64,000 nucleotides of DNA from an uncultured virus (IMG/VR IMGVR_UViG_3300046329_000127). Lineage: Duplodnaviria; Heunggongvirae; Uroviricota; Caudoviricetes. The translations under genes and the position numbers were made by a program. This document shows, one piece after another, positions 29,058-38,636 of this stretch; the stretch's first letter is position 1, and each line of letters opens with the position of its first letter. Location of the stretch: IMG/VR virus record IMGVR_UViG_3300046329_000127; one strand, given 5' to 3'. A model generated the notes under the pieces. It was not told the DNA's origin and did not search any database. It saw only the letters and a program-made list of their open reading frames with translations.

Positions 29058-30386
29058 TTATGCAGTAAGCATCAAGCAACCTTTCTTGTGGTCGGAGAAC
29101 TTAGCACCTAAGAGGCTGTGGTAAGAAAGGATCTGGCTAAGAGTCTTGTTGTCGTAAGCGCCCTTGATTACCGAGATAGCAATCTTGGTAACAGGATCAA
29201 TTTGAGTAGCGCCAACAGCACCCGAATTAGCTTGGGGTAGTGCAATTTCGCGAGAAGAAAGCAATAAACCTTCTTTGTGAGATGCAACGTTAACCGAGCC
29301 GATCGCAGGGATACGAAGTTTATCACCAGCGACAAAATCAGCAGCAGTCAACAGAACACCAGCAGGAGTATAAGGAACACCAGTAATGATCGGAGCAGTT
29401 GTGCCAGCGTTGGCGATCCGTAGGATTACCATGTGCGCCTTGGGTACGTTGCCAGTGGTGCGGATTTGTGCGATTTGACCAACTGCAACGCCACCCGCGC
29501 CGATATACAATGCTGTGCCAGCAGTAAGAGTGACGTTGATCGCTCCTAAAGGAGTAGCGGCAGATTTAGCACTGTCAAAGAATGAAGTGGTGTCTTGAGC
29601 GATGGATGCAACAGGCAATTCAGCCTGAGAACTTGCTGCGGTGTCCATGTCAGATACCGCGATTTGACCATTGACGGTATTGCAAGCACCAGCGCTAAAG
29701 CCATACACAGGCGTAAAAGTATTGTTAGCCAAGCCATCAATAATAAGATCGCCAGATCCTCTAGATGCAGCCGCAAAACCAGTAACACGAACTGAATCAC
29801 CTAAGAATGCGTTCTTAGCAACCGATGACATGACGATGTAGCGATCGCTTGCGGGAACGCTTGCGGTGTCAAAAACTTGTCCAGCGTTGCGAACAACTTG
29901 GTTATCAAAGGATGTGAAAGTACCAGTAGCGTCAACGTTTGCGACTACTTGCACAGGAGCGTTGGCAAAATACTGAACAGCGCCAGAAGTAGCGGCGACA
30001 GTACGGAATTTACCGTACATATAAGCATCGTTGGGAACTGCAATGCCCTTAGCAACTTGAGCGCCAATTTCTACGATATATTTGGCGACTGCCGCAGGCG
30101 CATCATGGCTATAGATTGGGAAACCTTCAGTCCATAGACGTTCGAGGGTTACGGTATCCGTTGCGTAGCTACCTTCGGTGTAAGTAAAACCACCAGCGCG
30201 AGGATCGAAATCTTGTGCTAATTTTTGACGGGCGATACGAATTGTGACTTGCTCACCCCGTTCAAATGTACCGTTTTCATAATCGGTTGTGGCGATCAAA
30301 GGGAAGATCGACATCAAATTGAGAGTAGTTAATGCTTTAGCGGCGATGCTTTGTTGGAGCAGAGCGCTTGTGATTGAAGTGGGCAT
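29058..30386 (-). CDS. Major capsid protein (P22 coat-like)
   Basis: RGEQVTIR, VPASDRYIVM, YGF motifs; terminator hairpin after the stop. Confidence 0.75.
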   Translation of the reverse strand: MPTSITSALLQQSIAAKALTTLNLMSIFPLIATTDYENGTFERGEQVTIRIARQKLAQDFDPRAGGFTYTEGSYATDTVTLERLWTEGFPIYSHDAPAAVAKYIVEIGAQVAKGIAVPNDAYMYGKFRTVAATSGAVQYFANAPVQVVANVDATGTFTSFDNQVVRNAGQVFDTASVPASDRYIVMSSVAKNAFLGDSVRVTGFAAASRGSGDLIIDGLANNTFTPVYGFSAGACNTVNGQIAVSDMDTAASSQAELPVASIAQDTTSFFDSAKSAATPLGAINVTLTAGTALYIGAGGVAVGQIAQIRTTGNVPKAHMVILRIANAGTTAPIITGVPYTPAGVLLTAADFVAGDKLRIPAIGSVNVASHKEGLLLSSREIALPQANSGAVGATQIDPVTKIAISVIKGAYDNKTLSQILSYHSLLGAKFSDHKKGCLMLTA

Positions 30387-30409
30387 TGGAGAGCCAATTA
30401 GTCTTTTTA

Positions 30410-30462
30410 TTCCCCACTAAAGGCGCTCTCAAATTAATAAAGCAGCTTGAGACGCACTGCTT
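30410..30462 (-). ncRNA. Putative structured 5'-leader RNA (pseudoknot + GUGCCUUUNGUGGGG); other copies at 25290, 32061, 32147, 47246
   Basis: Five copies 22-27 nt before virion gene starts, with covarying stems. Confidence 0.6.
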
Positions 30463-30580
30463 AACTAAATATAGCAAATTTTTAATCATTTTCCGTAATT
30501 AAAAATAAAAACAGGTGCTTTTTAGTTACGGAAATCGGCAAAACCTTGTAGGATATAGATACAGACCTACTTATAAGTGT

Positions 30581-31432
30581 ATGGCAACCGAAGAAAACAC
30601 AGAAATCTTGACTGAAACAAGACTAGTTGAAATCATGGGTGGATTTGCAGAGAGAATCCAAAAATCTACCAATGACCAGATCAACGGAGTTTTGAAGTCT
30701 AAAATCAATCCCGTAGCTGATAGCCTTGCCGACATCTCTAAGCAGCTTAGTAGTTTCCAAGAGCTATCTAGTCAGGTGGAAGCCACAAAAGTCCAAATGT
30801 CGGAAATCTTTACCGCATTGCAAGCTCCTGACGATGACCCACCTCAACCCACACCGCAGGCGATCGATATTGAAGCGATTACCGCTAAAATTACAGCCGA
30901 AATTAAAGAGTCCACATCTAAAGAGTATTTAGATCGCATCCAAAAACTTGAATCAGGTATTCAAGAAGAAAGACAGGAAAAGGAAAAAATCAGACAGCAA
31001 CAAATTGAGGGCGATCGCAATAACACGCTTTTAGCATCACTCAAGAAAATCGCTCCTGACTTAAATCTATTCCCAGATCATGAAGATGTGGTCATGAGTA
31101 AATTAGCAAAAGACGGCGTGTTGACCGTTTCTGAAGACGGGACATCTTGGATGGCAAAAACCAAGCGTCAAGACCCTTTTACCAAACAAGTAGAAGAAGT
31201 TGTCGTTGCCGCTTCTCCTGATATCCTGAAATCGATCATCAGCGAAAGCTATTCTTATTACCAGCAGCCCCGTGCTGGCGCTGGGGTTAATGCTGCTCCT
31301 ACTCAGTCGTATAATGCCTCAAACAGGAAGATTACTGATAATACATCAGCAGCAGATATCCAAAAGGGCTTTGCCAGTAACGACCAAGGCATGATTGATG
31401 AAATCGCCGCGATGATCGCCAGTGGGATGTAG
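30581..31432 (+). CDS. Capsid scaffolding protein
   Basis: Acidic coiled coil, PRAGAGV tail, divergent from capsid. Confidence 0.65.
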   Translation: MATEENTEILTETRLVEIMGGFAERIQKSTNDQINGVLKSKINPVADSLADISKQLSSFQELSSQVEATKVQMSEIFTALQAPDDDPPQPTPQAIDIEAITAKITAEIKESTSKEYLDRIQKLESGIQEERQEKEKIRQQQIEGDRNNTLLASLKKIAPDLNLFPDHEDVVMSKLAKDGVLTVSEDGTSWMAKTKRQDPFTKQVEEVVVAASPDILKSIISESYSYYQQPRAGAGVNAAPTQSYNASNRKITDNTSAADIQKGFASNDQGMIDEIAAMIASGM

Positions 31433-31441
31433 TTAATCCAC

Positions 31442-31491
31442 AACAAAAAAGGAGCGATCGCCTATCAATAGGCGATCGCTCCTTTTTTGTT
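31442..31491. terminator. Bidirectional terminator
   Basis: AAAAAAGGAGCGATCGCCTAT/ATAGGCGATCGCTCCTTTTTT. Confidence 0.85.
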
Positions 31492-31493
31492 AA

Positions 31494-31646
31494 TTATTTA
31501 GACTTAGCGGGTTTGACAATTTCGAGTGAGTCGAGCAAGTCATAGGCGATCGCATCGGCAGGATGTAATAAAATCAATTCACCCTCAACCACAGGACGAA
31601 AGCCTTGAAGCTTAAAGGGTTTCAATACCTTGTATTGCTGCTTCAT
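31494..31646 (-). CDS. 50-aa protein (not in track)
   Basis: MKQQYKVLKPF...; TAATG coupling to the upstream gene. Confidence 0.6.
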   Translation of the reverse strand: MKQQYKVLKPFKLQGFRPVVEGELILLHPADAIAYDLLDSLEIVKPAKSK

Positions 31647-32035
31647 TAGCTATTTGCCCTCGCATCACCAGCCAAGGTATAGAAAGCATCAAGATTCAGT
31701 GTCGAGCTAGTACCAACGACTTTTGGTGTGCCTCCTGCGGCAATCGTGAATGGGGCGGTTGTGGCAGTCGTAAGGTTGGTATCAACATATGTTGACGCTG
31801 CTAAAGTTGAATAATCTAACTCGGAGACTTCAAGCGTCAGGCTTCCGCCAGCGTAGCCCGATGGGGTAAGTAAAAAGCGCTTTTCTAAACGGAGTTGAGC
31901 GTTTACAGTTGCATAAACATCAAAGACAAAGCGGCTGTTCGCAGTGTCGTCATAGAGTTTCCCAGTTTGGATAACAGATTCTATTAAGGTTGTGGCAAGC
32001 TTGGGGCGTGTCCAGTTAGCGGATGATAAAGGCAT
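31646..32035 (-). CDS. Putative virion (decoration) protein
   Basis: T/A-rich; same leader as the capsid gene. Confidence 0.6.
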   Translation of the reverse strand: MPLSSANWTRPKLATTLIESVIQTGKLYDDTANSRFVFDVYATVNAQLRLEKRFLLTPSGYAGGSLTLEVSELDYSTLAASTYVDTNLTTATTAPFTIAAGGTPKVVGTSSTLNLDAFYTLAGDARANS

Positions 32036-32224
32036 TTAGAGATACCAGTTTAGTTCTTAGTTCCCCACAAAAGGCACTCCCAAATTAATAAAGCAGTTTG
32101 AGACGTACTGCTTCATTAAATATACCAAATTTTTGCTATATTTAAAGGAGCGATGTGTCTCAGATCGCTTTGTTTCTCTGAGAGTGCCTTTAGTGGGGAA
32201 TTTTAGAATCACTAGGCATTTCTG

Positions 32225-33016
32225 ATGGCTGAGAATTACGCAAATAGAATTTGGAAGCCCCAAATTTCAGGCTTTTCGGTTTTTTACAACAACACTTTAA
32301 GAGTATTAGATACTCCCAAAAGTGCAGAATTAGATTTTGGCTTTAAAGAATTGGTTCGTAGTTCGACATCTTCTCAAGGTGTTGAGGTTGATGTATCTCG
32401 CGAAATTCAAGCAGAAAAGCCTAAGTTCACTGTTGAAATGGGTGGTTTGACTGAAGAAGTATGGGAAATTGTATGCGGTCGCCTATGGCAAGAATCCGCA
32501 TCTGTCGCTACATTCTACGGTCGCAACCGTGATGCGCTCAATACAGTAGCGTGGTCTGCTGACTTGGCTGGCTTTGAGGGCTACGGGATTGTTGCTGACG
32601 CTGTTGGCTATGCTGCCATTTTTAAGGGCGGGCGATCAATCGCATTGACTCAGCAATCCTTTGGCACTTTCAACCCTGCCAATGCTTTGACCTTTGCGGT
32701 TGGCGTAAACGGTGCGATGTTGTTCAGTACTGATACACTTGAGTATCAAAAGTCTTGGAAGGTTCCTCAGACTTTAAGCAATGTGCGTACCATGAGTTCG
32801 ACTAGAGTTGCAAACGTTGGGGTGATCTTAAATATCATCGATGCTTCGTTGTATGTTTATCGTTTTTCGGCTCCAAATTGTCAGCCGATTTTAGACGGAT
32901 CTCAGGTGAACTTTTCTTCAGAAACAACTAAGATTTCTATGGCAGTTCAGTTTGACGGAAGTAGCTGTCGTCCCCTAGACTTTGTGGCTACTGGCTTACG
33001 AGTTAGCCCTTGTTAA
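32225..33016 (+). CDS. Putative major tail tube protein
   Basis: 263 aa, beta-rich, leader motif upstream, terminator downstream. Confidence 0.55.
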   Translation: MAENYANRIWKPQISGFSVFYNNTLRVLDTPKSAELDFGFKELVRSSTSSQGVEVDVSREIQAEKPKFTVEMGGLTEEVWEIVCGRLWQESASVATFYGRNRDALNTVAWSADLAGFEGYGIVADAVGYAAIFKGGRSIALTQQSFGTFNPANALTFAVGVNGAMLFSTDTLEYQKSWKVPQTLSNVRTMSSTRVANVGVILNIIDASLYVYRFSAPNCQPILDGSQVNFSSETTKISMAVQFDGSSCRPLDFVATGLRVSPC

Positions 33017-33029
33017 TTTCGGGCTAGTT

Positions 33030-33076
33030 AGAACAATAAAAAAGCAGTCAAAAATTGACTGCTTTTTTATTGTTCT
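33030..33076. terminator. Terminator hairpin
   Basis: ATAAAAAAGCAGTCAA/TTGACTGCTTTTTTAT. Confidence 0.8.
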
Positions 33077-33180
33077 CCAGTTTCTAAAAATGGTAAAATA
33101 CGCTCGTAGCATTAGTTTAAGCAATCGCTGTTAATTGTTAAGGAATATTAAGAAACGGGATCGCAAACACTGAAAACCTA

Positions 33181-33747
33181 ATGCTGATTGAATATCTAAA
33201 CAACAATCAAGAAACCTACAAAATCGCGATCGCCGCCGAAGCATCAGCCCTTGACCACGAACTCGTCATGCAGCTATGGCTAAAACTGCAAACTATCGAG
33301 ATTGCTAATCACAGGGCTAAAATTTTGGTGCAGGCGATCGCCAACCTATTACCGCGCCGCGATATCCAAGCTAAAGGATTTAGCATTGAGGGATTGACCG
33401 ATGAGCAAATCGCAGCATTATTTTATGGTGAAGACTGCGAGTTTATCAAATCGCATACTCCCAAATTAGAGCCAAAGCAAAGCAAGGTAGGCTCTGCTCC
33501 CATACCTTCAACGGGTAATGCGACATCTGACTTATTGGCACAGCTTACAAGGCAATTTGAGGGACGGATCACTGAGGCTTATTTTCTGGCAGGGCATTTT
33601 AGTTTCAATGCCCTTGATGCTTTCCAACGGACTTATGCTGAAGTGTGCCGAGATCCTGAAGAAAGAAATCGCGAGTATATTTTGGAGTCCTATAATAAAC
33701 AGGTAGAGAGTGATCCAATGTTTAAAATGATGGCTTTAGGAATGTAA
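33181..33747 (+). CDS. Hypothetical protein (possible tail assembly chaperone)
   Basis: Follows the tail tube candidate. Confidence 0.55.
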   Translation: MLIEYLNNNQETYKIAIAAEASALDHELVMQLWLKLQTIEIANHRAKILVQAIANLLPRRDIQAKGFSIEGLTDEQIAALFYGEDCEFIKSHTPKLEPKQSKVGSAPIPSTGNATSDLLAQLTRQFEGRITEAYFLAGHFSFNALDAFQRTYAEVCRDPEERNREYILESYNKQVESDPMFKMMALGM

Positions 33748-33749
33748 TT

Positions 33750-34007
33750 ATGACTTACGCAGAACGTCAGACAATGAATAATTTGACCGCTAATCAACAG
33801 TTTTACAATACTCGCACCACCATCAATTTTGCGGATATGGCGGCTTCTGGTGCTGTTGGCACTGTCGTGGCGATCGATGGTCTAACAGGAAGGGCGATCG
33901 CTAGTATTGCCGATGGTATGGCGCGATATACCGATATCAGTGGCAGCAATCAGCAAGGGGTGACGAATCCTGCGTTTAGTGGCAAGTTTAGCGATGGAAA
34001 GCAGTAG
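33750..34007 (+). CDS. Hypothetical virion-associated protein
   Basis: ORF context. Confidence 0.55.
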   Translation: MTYAERQTMNNLTANQQFYNTRTTINFADMAASGAVGTVVAIDGLTGRAIASIADGMARYTDISGSNQQGVTNPAFSGKFSDGKQ

Positions 34008-34583
34008 TTAAGCGATAAACGCCGAAGCGTCAATAATAAACTCTCGAAAGTTTTCGGGGATGCCAACGTAGTCTAATGTTCCTGTCTCTGGGTTGTCGGT
34101 AGCAGGAACGATATTAATATTTATCTTTCCCTCAGTTTCGGTTAATAGTGATTTAGGCTTTATCACAACATAAACGGTGTCAGATACTAAGTTTATGCTA
34201 TAGACAAAATCTCGGTTTATGTCTTGAAAAAAGCTTGTAGTTGCAGAACCGTCATAAAAATAATCTTCGTAAATGTGATTGGTAACGTCATCAAACTTAC
34301 TAAACAAAGCTGTCTCGGTATTAAGCCCGATCGCTCTAGGGTTATCGTAAGAGGTATCTATTGATGATGACAATGCTTGTCGCGATCGGTAAAGGCTTGA
34401 CGGTAGTAGCTCTACATCAAATTTAGTTATTATTGGCGGTGTACCTATAATGGGCGGATCATTGTCAGGTTCGAGAGCCGTAAAAAGCCCTGTTAATGCT
34501 AGCGTTCTGATCGGTAATAGCTTAGCGCCACCTAAGCAGTCAATACTGAACGTTCTGCGATTGCCATTTATTCTGATATTCAT
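34008..34583 (-). CDS. Hypothetical tail-region protein
   Basis: ATGA overlap with the upstream gene. Confidence 0.6.
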   Translation of the reverse strand: MNIRINGNRRTFSIDCLGGAKLLPIRTLALTGLFTALEPDNDPPIIGTPPIITKFDVELLPSSLYRSRQALSSSIDTSYDNPRAIGLNTETALFSKFDDVTNHIYEDYFYDGSATTSFFQDINRDFVYSINLVSDTVYVVIKPKSLLTETEGKININIVPATDNPETGTLDYVGIPENFREFIIDASAFIA

Positions 34584-36505
34584 ACTGAAAACCACTTTGT
34601 ATTGACGCGTTTACGCCATTTAATATTTGCTGTATAGTCGGCAAGATCATAGGGTAATGTGCCTGCCTCTGTTTCAAGACCGTCTGGATAGACGTAAAAA
34701 TAGTCGCTACCAGAATCGTCCACAAAATGTCCGATTTCTATGCCGTAGGTATATGTGAAAGGTACGCCAGCAATCTCGCATTCCAGTTCTATAGGAGAAG
34801 ACGCGAAGTCAGGAAAAATCTTGGAGTAATTTATATTTAACTTGCCACTGGAAAAGCGAGTTTGTGCAAACCAATTTTGAGGTTCTAAACCCAAAGCGGT
34901 AATCGCGTCAGATCTTTCTCCAAAAGTAGTAGTATTAATCGCCAAAGGTTCAGCTTGATTTATTAGCCGATTAAAAGGGGCTGAAATCCGAAGGGCAGAT
35001 TCAGATGATAATATTTCATTTATTTTTGCCGCTAATGTAATGACCTTAGATGGTAATGAAGCAAATTCATCTGTCAGCAGTATTTGAGGCAATACAAGAG
35101 GGACGCTACCAGTATCAGCAACAATTTTCTCTAAAATCATCAATAATCTTTCTGCGGAGGATCTGTTTGACCAAATACCACCAAGAGTATTCTCCACATT
35201 TTCTATCTTTACCCTTAAAGAATTAATAAGGCTTACCAAACCAGTGTCAGCTACAGCTTTAGATAAATATATTTGCCGCCGTTGGGAGCCTGAGTAAAGA
35301 GGTTCTTTAGGCGTTAAAGGTAAAATCTTTTTTGATAGTTTGGAATTTAGTCGATCAATCTCATTTTCTATGATTTCTATGGCTGAGTCCCATCTAACAG
35401 CGAATCTCTTGAATACCGAAGAGTTAAAAGTCAGTTGAAAAGAGAGATAGCAATAGCCACCTCCAGATGGAGGATCTAAATTTGGATGATCAACAAAAGA
35501 GCCTTCGGTAATCTCAATTCCAAAACTATTTTTGTCACCCGAAAAATCAGATACAGGTCTATGTGCTTTGATGGTATTTGTTGTTGTAGCCCCACCTCCC
35601 GCCCCTTGCCCGTCAGGAAACTGCAAACTTTCTGAACTCTTTCCAAGTAACTCGCCGCTAGCGCCACCCAAATAATAGGCAAGCCCCGATCTGTCCACTA
35701 CACTTGAATTGCTACCCGTAGATATTGTTGCGCTTGAGAAAGGTTCACCACCGCGCCCATTACCCGAATATATAAACATGAACATATAATCAAAATCAAC
35801 AGATAATCGCTTCTCAACTTGCAACGTATTAAAATAACCATGTTGATGCGCTGTATATGAATCGTAGGCATTAAACCCATTTGGGACTTCATACTCAACT
35901 TCGGTCAGGCTACCGCCAACAACTGAGCAAAATTTAAACAGATCGGGATTGGTTTCAAGTGGCGAATCAAAAAATTTATCAACTTCCAACACAAAGTTAA
36001 CAATATAGTCATCAAGCTCTGCACCAATTTTATTAATAGTTGGAGATTGCCAAAATTTGTAGCCAGCTTCTAGCTCATAAATCTCTTTTGGTTCATCTCT
36101 GTCGCCGCCAACATAAAGCTTAGTCACCACCTTGTCGTCATCATCAACCGTGACATCTTTCTGGAACAAGAAAATAATATTGCTAGCTACTTCCTCTTCT
36201 CCCTGACGAACAATCGCACCACGTTTAAGGCTCTTATGACCTAACGCGATCGCATTGCTATGAGGACTAGCCAATACACGAACAAACCCATCGCTAGGCG
36301 GCGCGGCATTAAAAGTTTTATCGCCATTGCTAGTTACACCACCATCATTTCGAGCGATGCGATAGCGCCCAGTTTGACCATCGGGCGCTAGTATTTGCAT
36401 CTTCTCCTGACCTTTTGCAAGGCGATCGCGCTGAGTTAAAGCATCAAAATATTGCTGTTCGGACAGCGCTTTGATTAGTTGCGATCGCTCTTGGTAAGAA
36501 GTCAT
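34580..36505 (-). CDS. Putative tail / receptor-binding protein
   Basis: Long ORF in the tail operon; start MTSYQER. Confidence 0.6.
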   Translation of the reverse strand: MTSYQERSQLIKALSEQQYFDALTQRDRLAKGQEKMQILAPDGQTGRYRIARNDGGVTSNGDKTFNAAPPSDGFVRVLASPHSNAIALGHKSLKRGAIVRQGEEEVASNIIFLFQKDVTVDDDDKVVTKLYVGGDRDEPKEIYELEAGYKFWQSPTINKIGAELDDYIVNFVLEVDKFFDSPLETNPDLFKFCSVVGGSLTEVEYEVPNGFNAYDSYTAHQHGYFNTLQVEKRLSVDFDYMFMFIYSGNGRGGEPFSSATISTGSNSSVVDRSGLAYYLGGASGELLGKSSESLQFPDGQGAGGGATTTNTIKAHRPVSDFSGDKNSFGIEITEGSFVDHPNLDPPSGGGYCYLSFQLTFNSSVFKRFAVRWDSAIEIIENEIDRLNSKLSKKILPLTPKEPLYSGSQRRQIYLSKAVADTGLVSLINSLRVKIENVENTLGGIWSNRSSAERLLMILEKIVADTGSVPLVLPQILLTDEFASLPSKVITLAAKINEILSSESALRISAPFNRLINQAEPLAINTTTFGERSDAITALGLEPQNWFAQTRFSSGKLNINYSKIFPDFASSPIELECEIAGVPFTYTYGIEIGHFVDDSGSDYFYVYPDGLETEAGTLPYDLADYTANIKWRKRVNTKWFSV

Positions 36506-36509
36506 AATT

Positions 36510-37199
36510 TTACGCAGGAATAGCCCTCGATACACCAGCCGTCAACGCATCAGCCTGACCCGCAATAATGACAACTTGAGACGATGCAACACCTAATATT
36601 GCGGGAGTACCAGTCGTATTCCCGATCGCGCTAGAGCCGCCCCGAATCAGTAAAAATTTATCAAAACTTAGATCTCCAACACCAGTCATATTGTTTAGGG
36701 CAATAGTTTTAGTGATGGCGATCGCGGTCGAGCCAACCACAGGGGCATTACTAAAGACAACGGTTGGGCGAACCCCTAAGCCTTGATAATCAGTAAGTTC
36801 TTTACGCTTATAGAGCGCAACTGTACCAAGCTTGCTATCAAGAGTTAGATCGGTAATCGAAAACGTACCAGTGCCAAGGGTAGTAATATCAATCGCCGCC
36901 CCGTCAATTGTTGTCGAAAGTTTGAATGTATCTGTCGCGACATCACGAACATAATAGGTCGTGCCAGTAACTAGGGGGGCAGGTAAAGTTCCCCCACCAC
37001 TAACAGCGACTTGCACAGGTGTATTCAGGATGTAGTCATGTGCTGTTGCGGTAATTGTTGTATCGTTAGTGTCTGCGGTGAACGCAAACACCGATCGCGT
37101 GTCGTTGAGTAGCAGCACAAAAAAAGAATCCTCAAAATAGGAGGCATTAAGAGTGGCTAGAATTTCTATATTTGTGGGATATCCTAATAGGTCTGCCAT
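36510..37199 (-). CDS. Tail protein with AH..GT.V..GTLPAPL..TTYYV domain
   Basis: Domain shared with 37205. Confidence 0.65.
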   Translation of the reverse strand: MADLLGYPTNIEILATLNASYFEDSFFVLLLNDTRSVFAFTADTNDTTITATAHDYILNTPVQVAVSGGGTLPAPLVTGTTYYVRDVATDTFKLSTTIDGAAIDITTLGTGTFSITDLTLDSKLGTVALYKRKELTDYQGLGVRPTVVFSNAPVVGSTAIAITKTIALNNMTGVGDLSFDKFLLIRGGSSAIGNTTGTPAILGVASSQVVIIAGQADALTAGVSRAIPA

Positions 37200-37204
37200 A
37201 TTTT

Positions 37205-38110
37205 TTATTGAGGGGTAATTGAAACGAAAAGAATTGCCAGACGTTGACCACTAGTTATCGTAAGCGATGGAATGGTAGGAGTACCAGTATTAATCTGCAC
37301 ACCAGCAAAAGTAGTTACCCTTTGAAACTGCGCTCCTGCGGTCGTGATATTGACTACTGCGCGGTTTAGGTAAACCTTGAAATTAGCGGTAACTAAAGTG
37401 CTATTTGCGACATCGCCAACTTCGTATTCTGTTCCCGCAACTAATGGCGAGGGTAAAGCAGCAGCCCCTTCAGTAAACTTAACTCTGTCTCCATTGGCAA
37501 AGTTGGTATATGGAGCCGTGATTATGTCAGTACCAGTATCAACGGTGAAATTAACTGGCTGTAGTCCTACATTGGTTGTATAAACTACGGTTCCACCAGA
37601 AGTTGTGTAAGTCGCTTCGGCGGCTGTACCTGTGGCGTCTGCTGAGCCAATGAATGGACTTGCGCCGTTGTTTGATGTGATTACACCTGTGCTGGACACA
37701 TTGTAGGCTTGCCCCTGTACGGTGTGAGTCCCTGTACCTGTAGTCGTGATGTCTAGCGCCGTTCCGTTCGGGGTTGCGGATACTTTGTAAGTATTCGTTG
37801 TGATATCACAGGCATAATAGGTCGTATTTGGCACTAGCGGCGCGGGTAATGTGCCAGTCGTCGTAAATTTTAATGGAGTGCCAAGGCTAAAGCCGTGAGC
37901 CGTGAGCGTGAAAATATCTGTGCCAGCGTCAACGGTGACAGTGGCGGCGGCGGGTGTTGCGCCAAGCGTGAATGTGGCTAATAATGTTGCTAAGCCTGTT
38001 GCTAAGCCTGTTGTGTAGATTTTGATATTAGCTAGGCTGCCTAGTTGCGAGATATAAGTATCAGCTACAGCTAGTTTTGTCGTGGTTGACGCGAGTGTTG
38101 TCTGGGTCAT
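37205..38110 (-). CDS. Tail protein with two copies of the same domain
   Basis: TVDAGTDIFT...LPAPLVPNTTYY and TVDTGTDIIT...LPSPLVAGTEY. Confidence 0.7.
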   Translation of the reverse strand: MTQTTLASTTTKLAVADTYISQLGSLANIKIYTTGLATGLATLLATFTLGATPAAATVTVDAGTDIFTLTAHGFSLGTPLKFTTTGTLPAPLVPNTTYYACDITTNTYKVSATPNGTALDITTTGTGTHTVQGQAYNVSSTGVITSNNGASPFIGSADATGTAAEATYTTSGGTVVYTTNVGLQPVNFTVDTGTDIITAPYTNFANGDRVKFTEGAAALPSPLVAGTEYEVGDVANSTLVTANFKVYLNRAVVNITTAGAQFQRVTTFAGVQINTGTPTIPSLTITSGQRLAILFVSITPQ

Positions 38111-38120
38111 TTTTTTACTC

Positions 38121-38636
38121 CTAAGATAAAATGGATACGCTATCTTGGATGGGGGTAGAGATATAAACCCGATCATTAGATGGGCAATAAGCTGCATCAC
38201 GACAATAGGTGAAGACTGGAACGGTGGCAATGACTGTATTGCTTATCGGATTAATTATAGACACATTGTTACTGGAAGCATTGCAAACGTAGATTCTGTC
38301 ATTGTATGGAGAATAAACGGGTGTTAGTGGATTTGTTCCAACTCTGATTGTACTAACTACGGTATTAGTCGCTGGATTAACAGCCGATACAGCATTGTCA
38401 CCCGTGTTTACGATATAAATTCGATCATTGGATGGGCAATAGATAGCATCGATAGGACTCGACCCATCCGTGATTGTGGCGACAATAGTATTAGTCGCTG
38501 GATTAAACACAGAAATAGTGTGGGCAGCATAGTGTGGAATATAAATTCGATCATTTGAAGGGCAGTACTCCAGTGACTCAAAAAATTCTCCAATCGTAAT
38601 TGTGCTGCCAACTGTATTGGTTGCTGGATCAATTAT
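38121..38636 (-). pseudogene. YVTN-type beta-propeller repeats detached from the upstream tail gene by a frameshift
   Basis: YCPSNDRIY...NPATNTVV repeats; frame open up to a TCTA duplication. Confidence 0.7.
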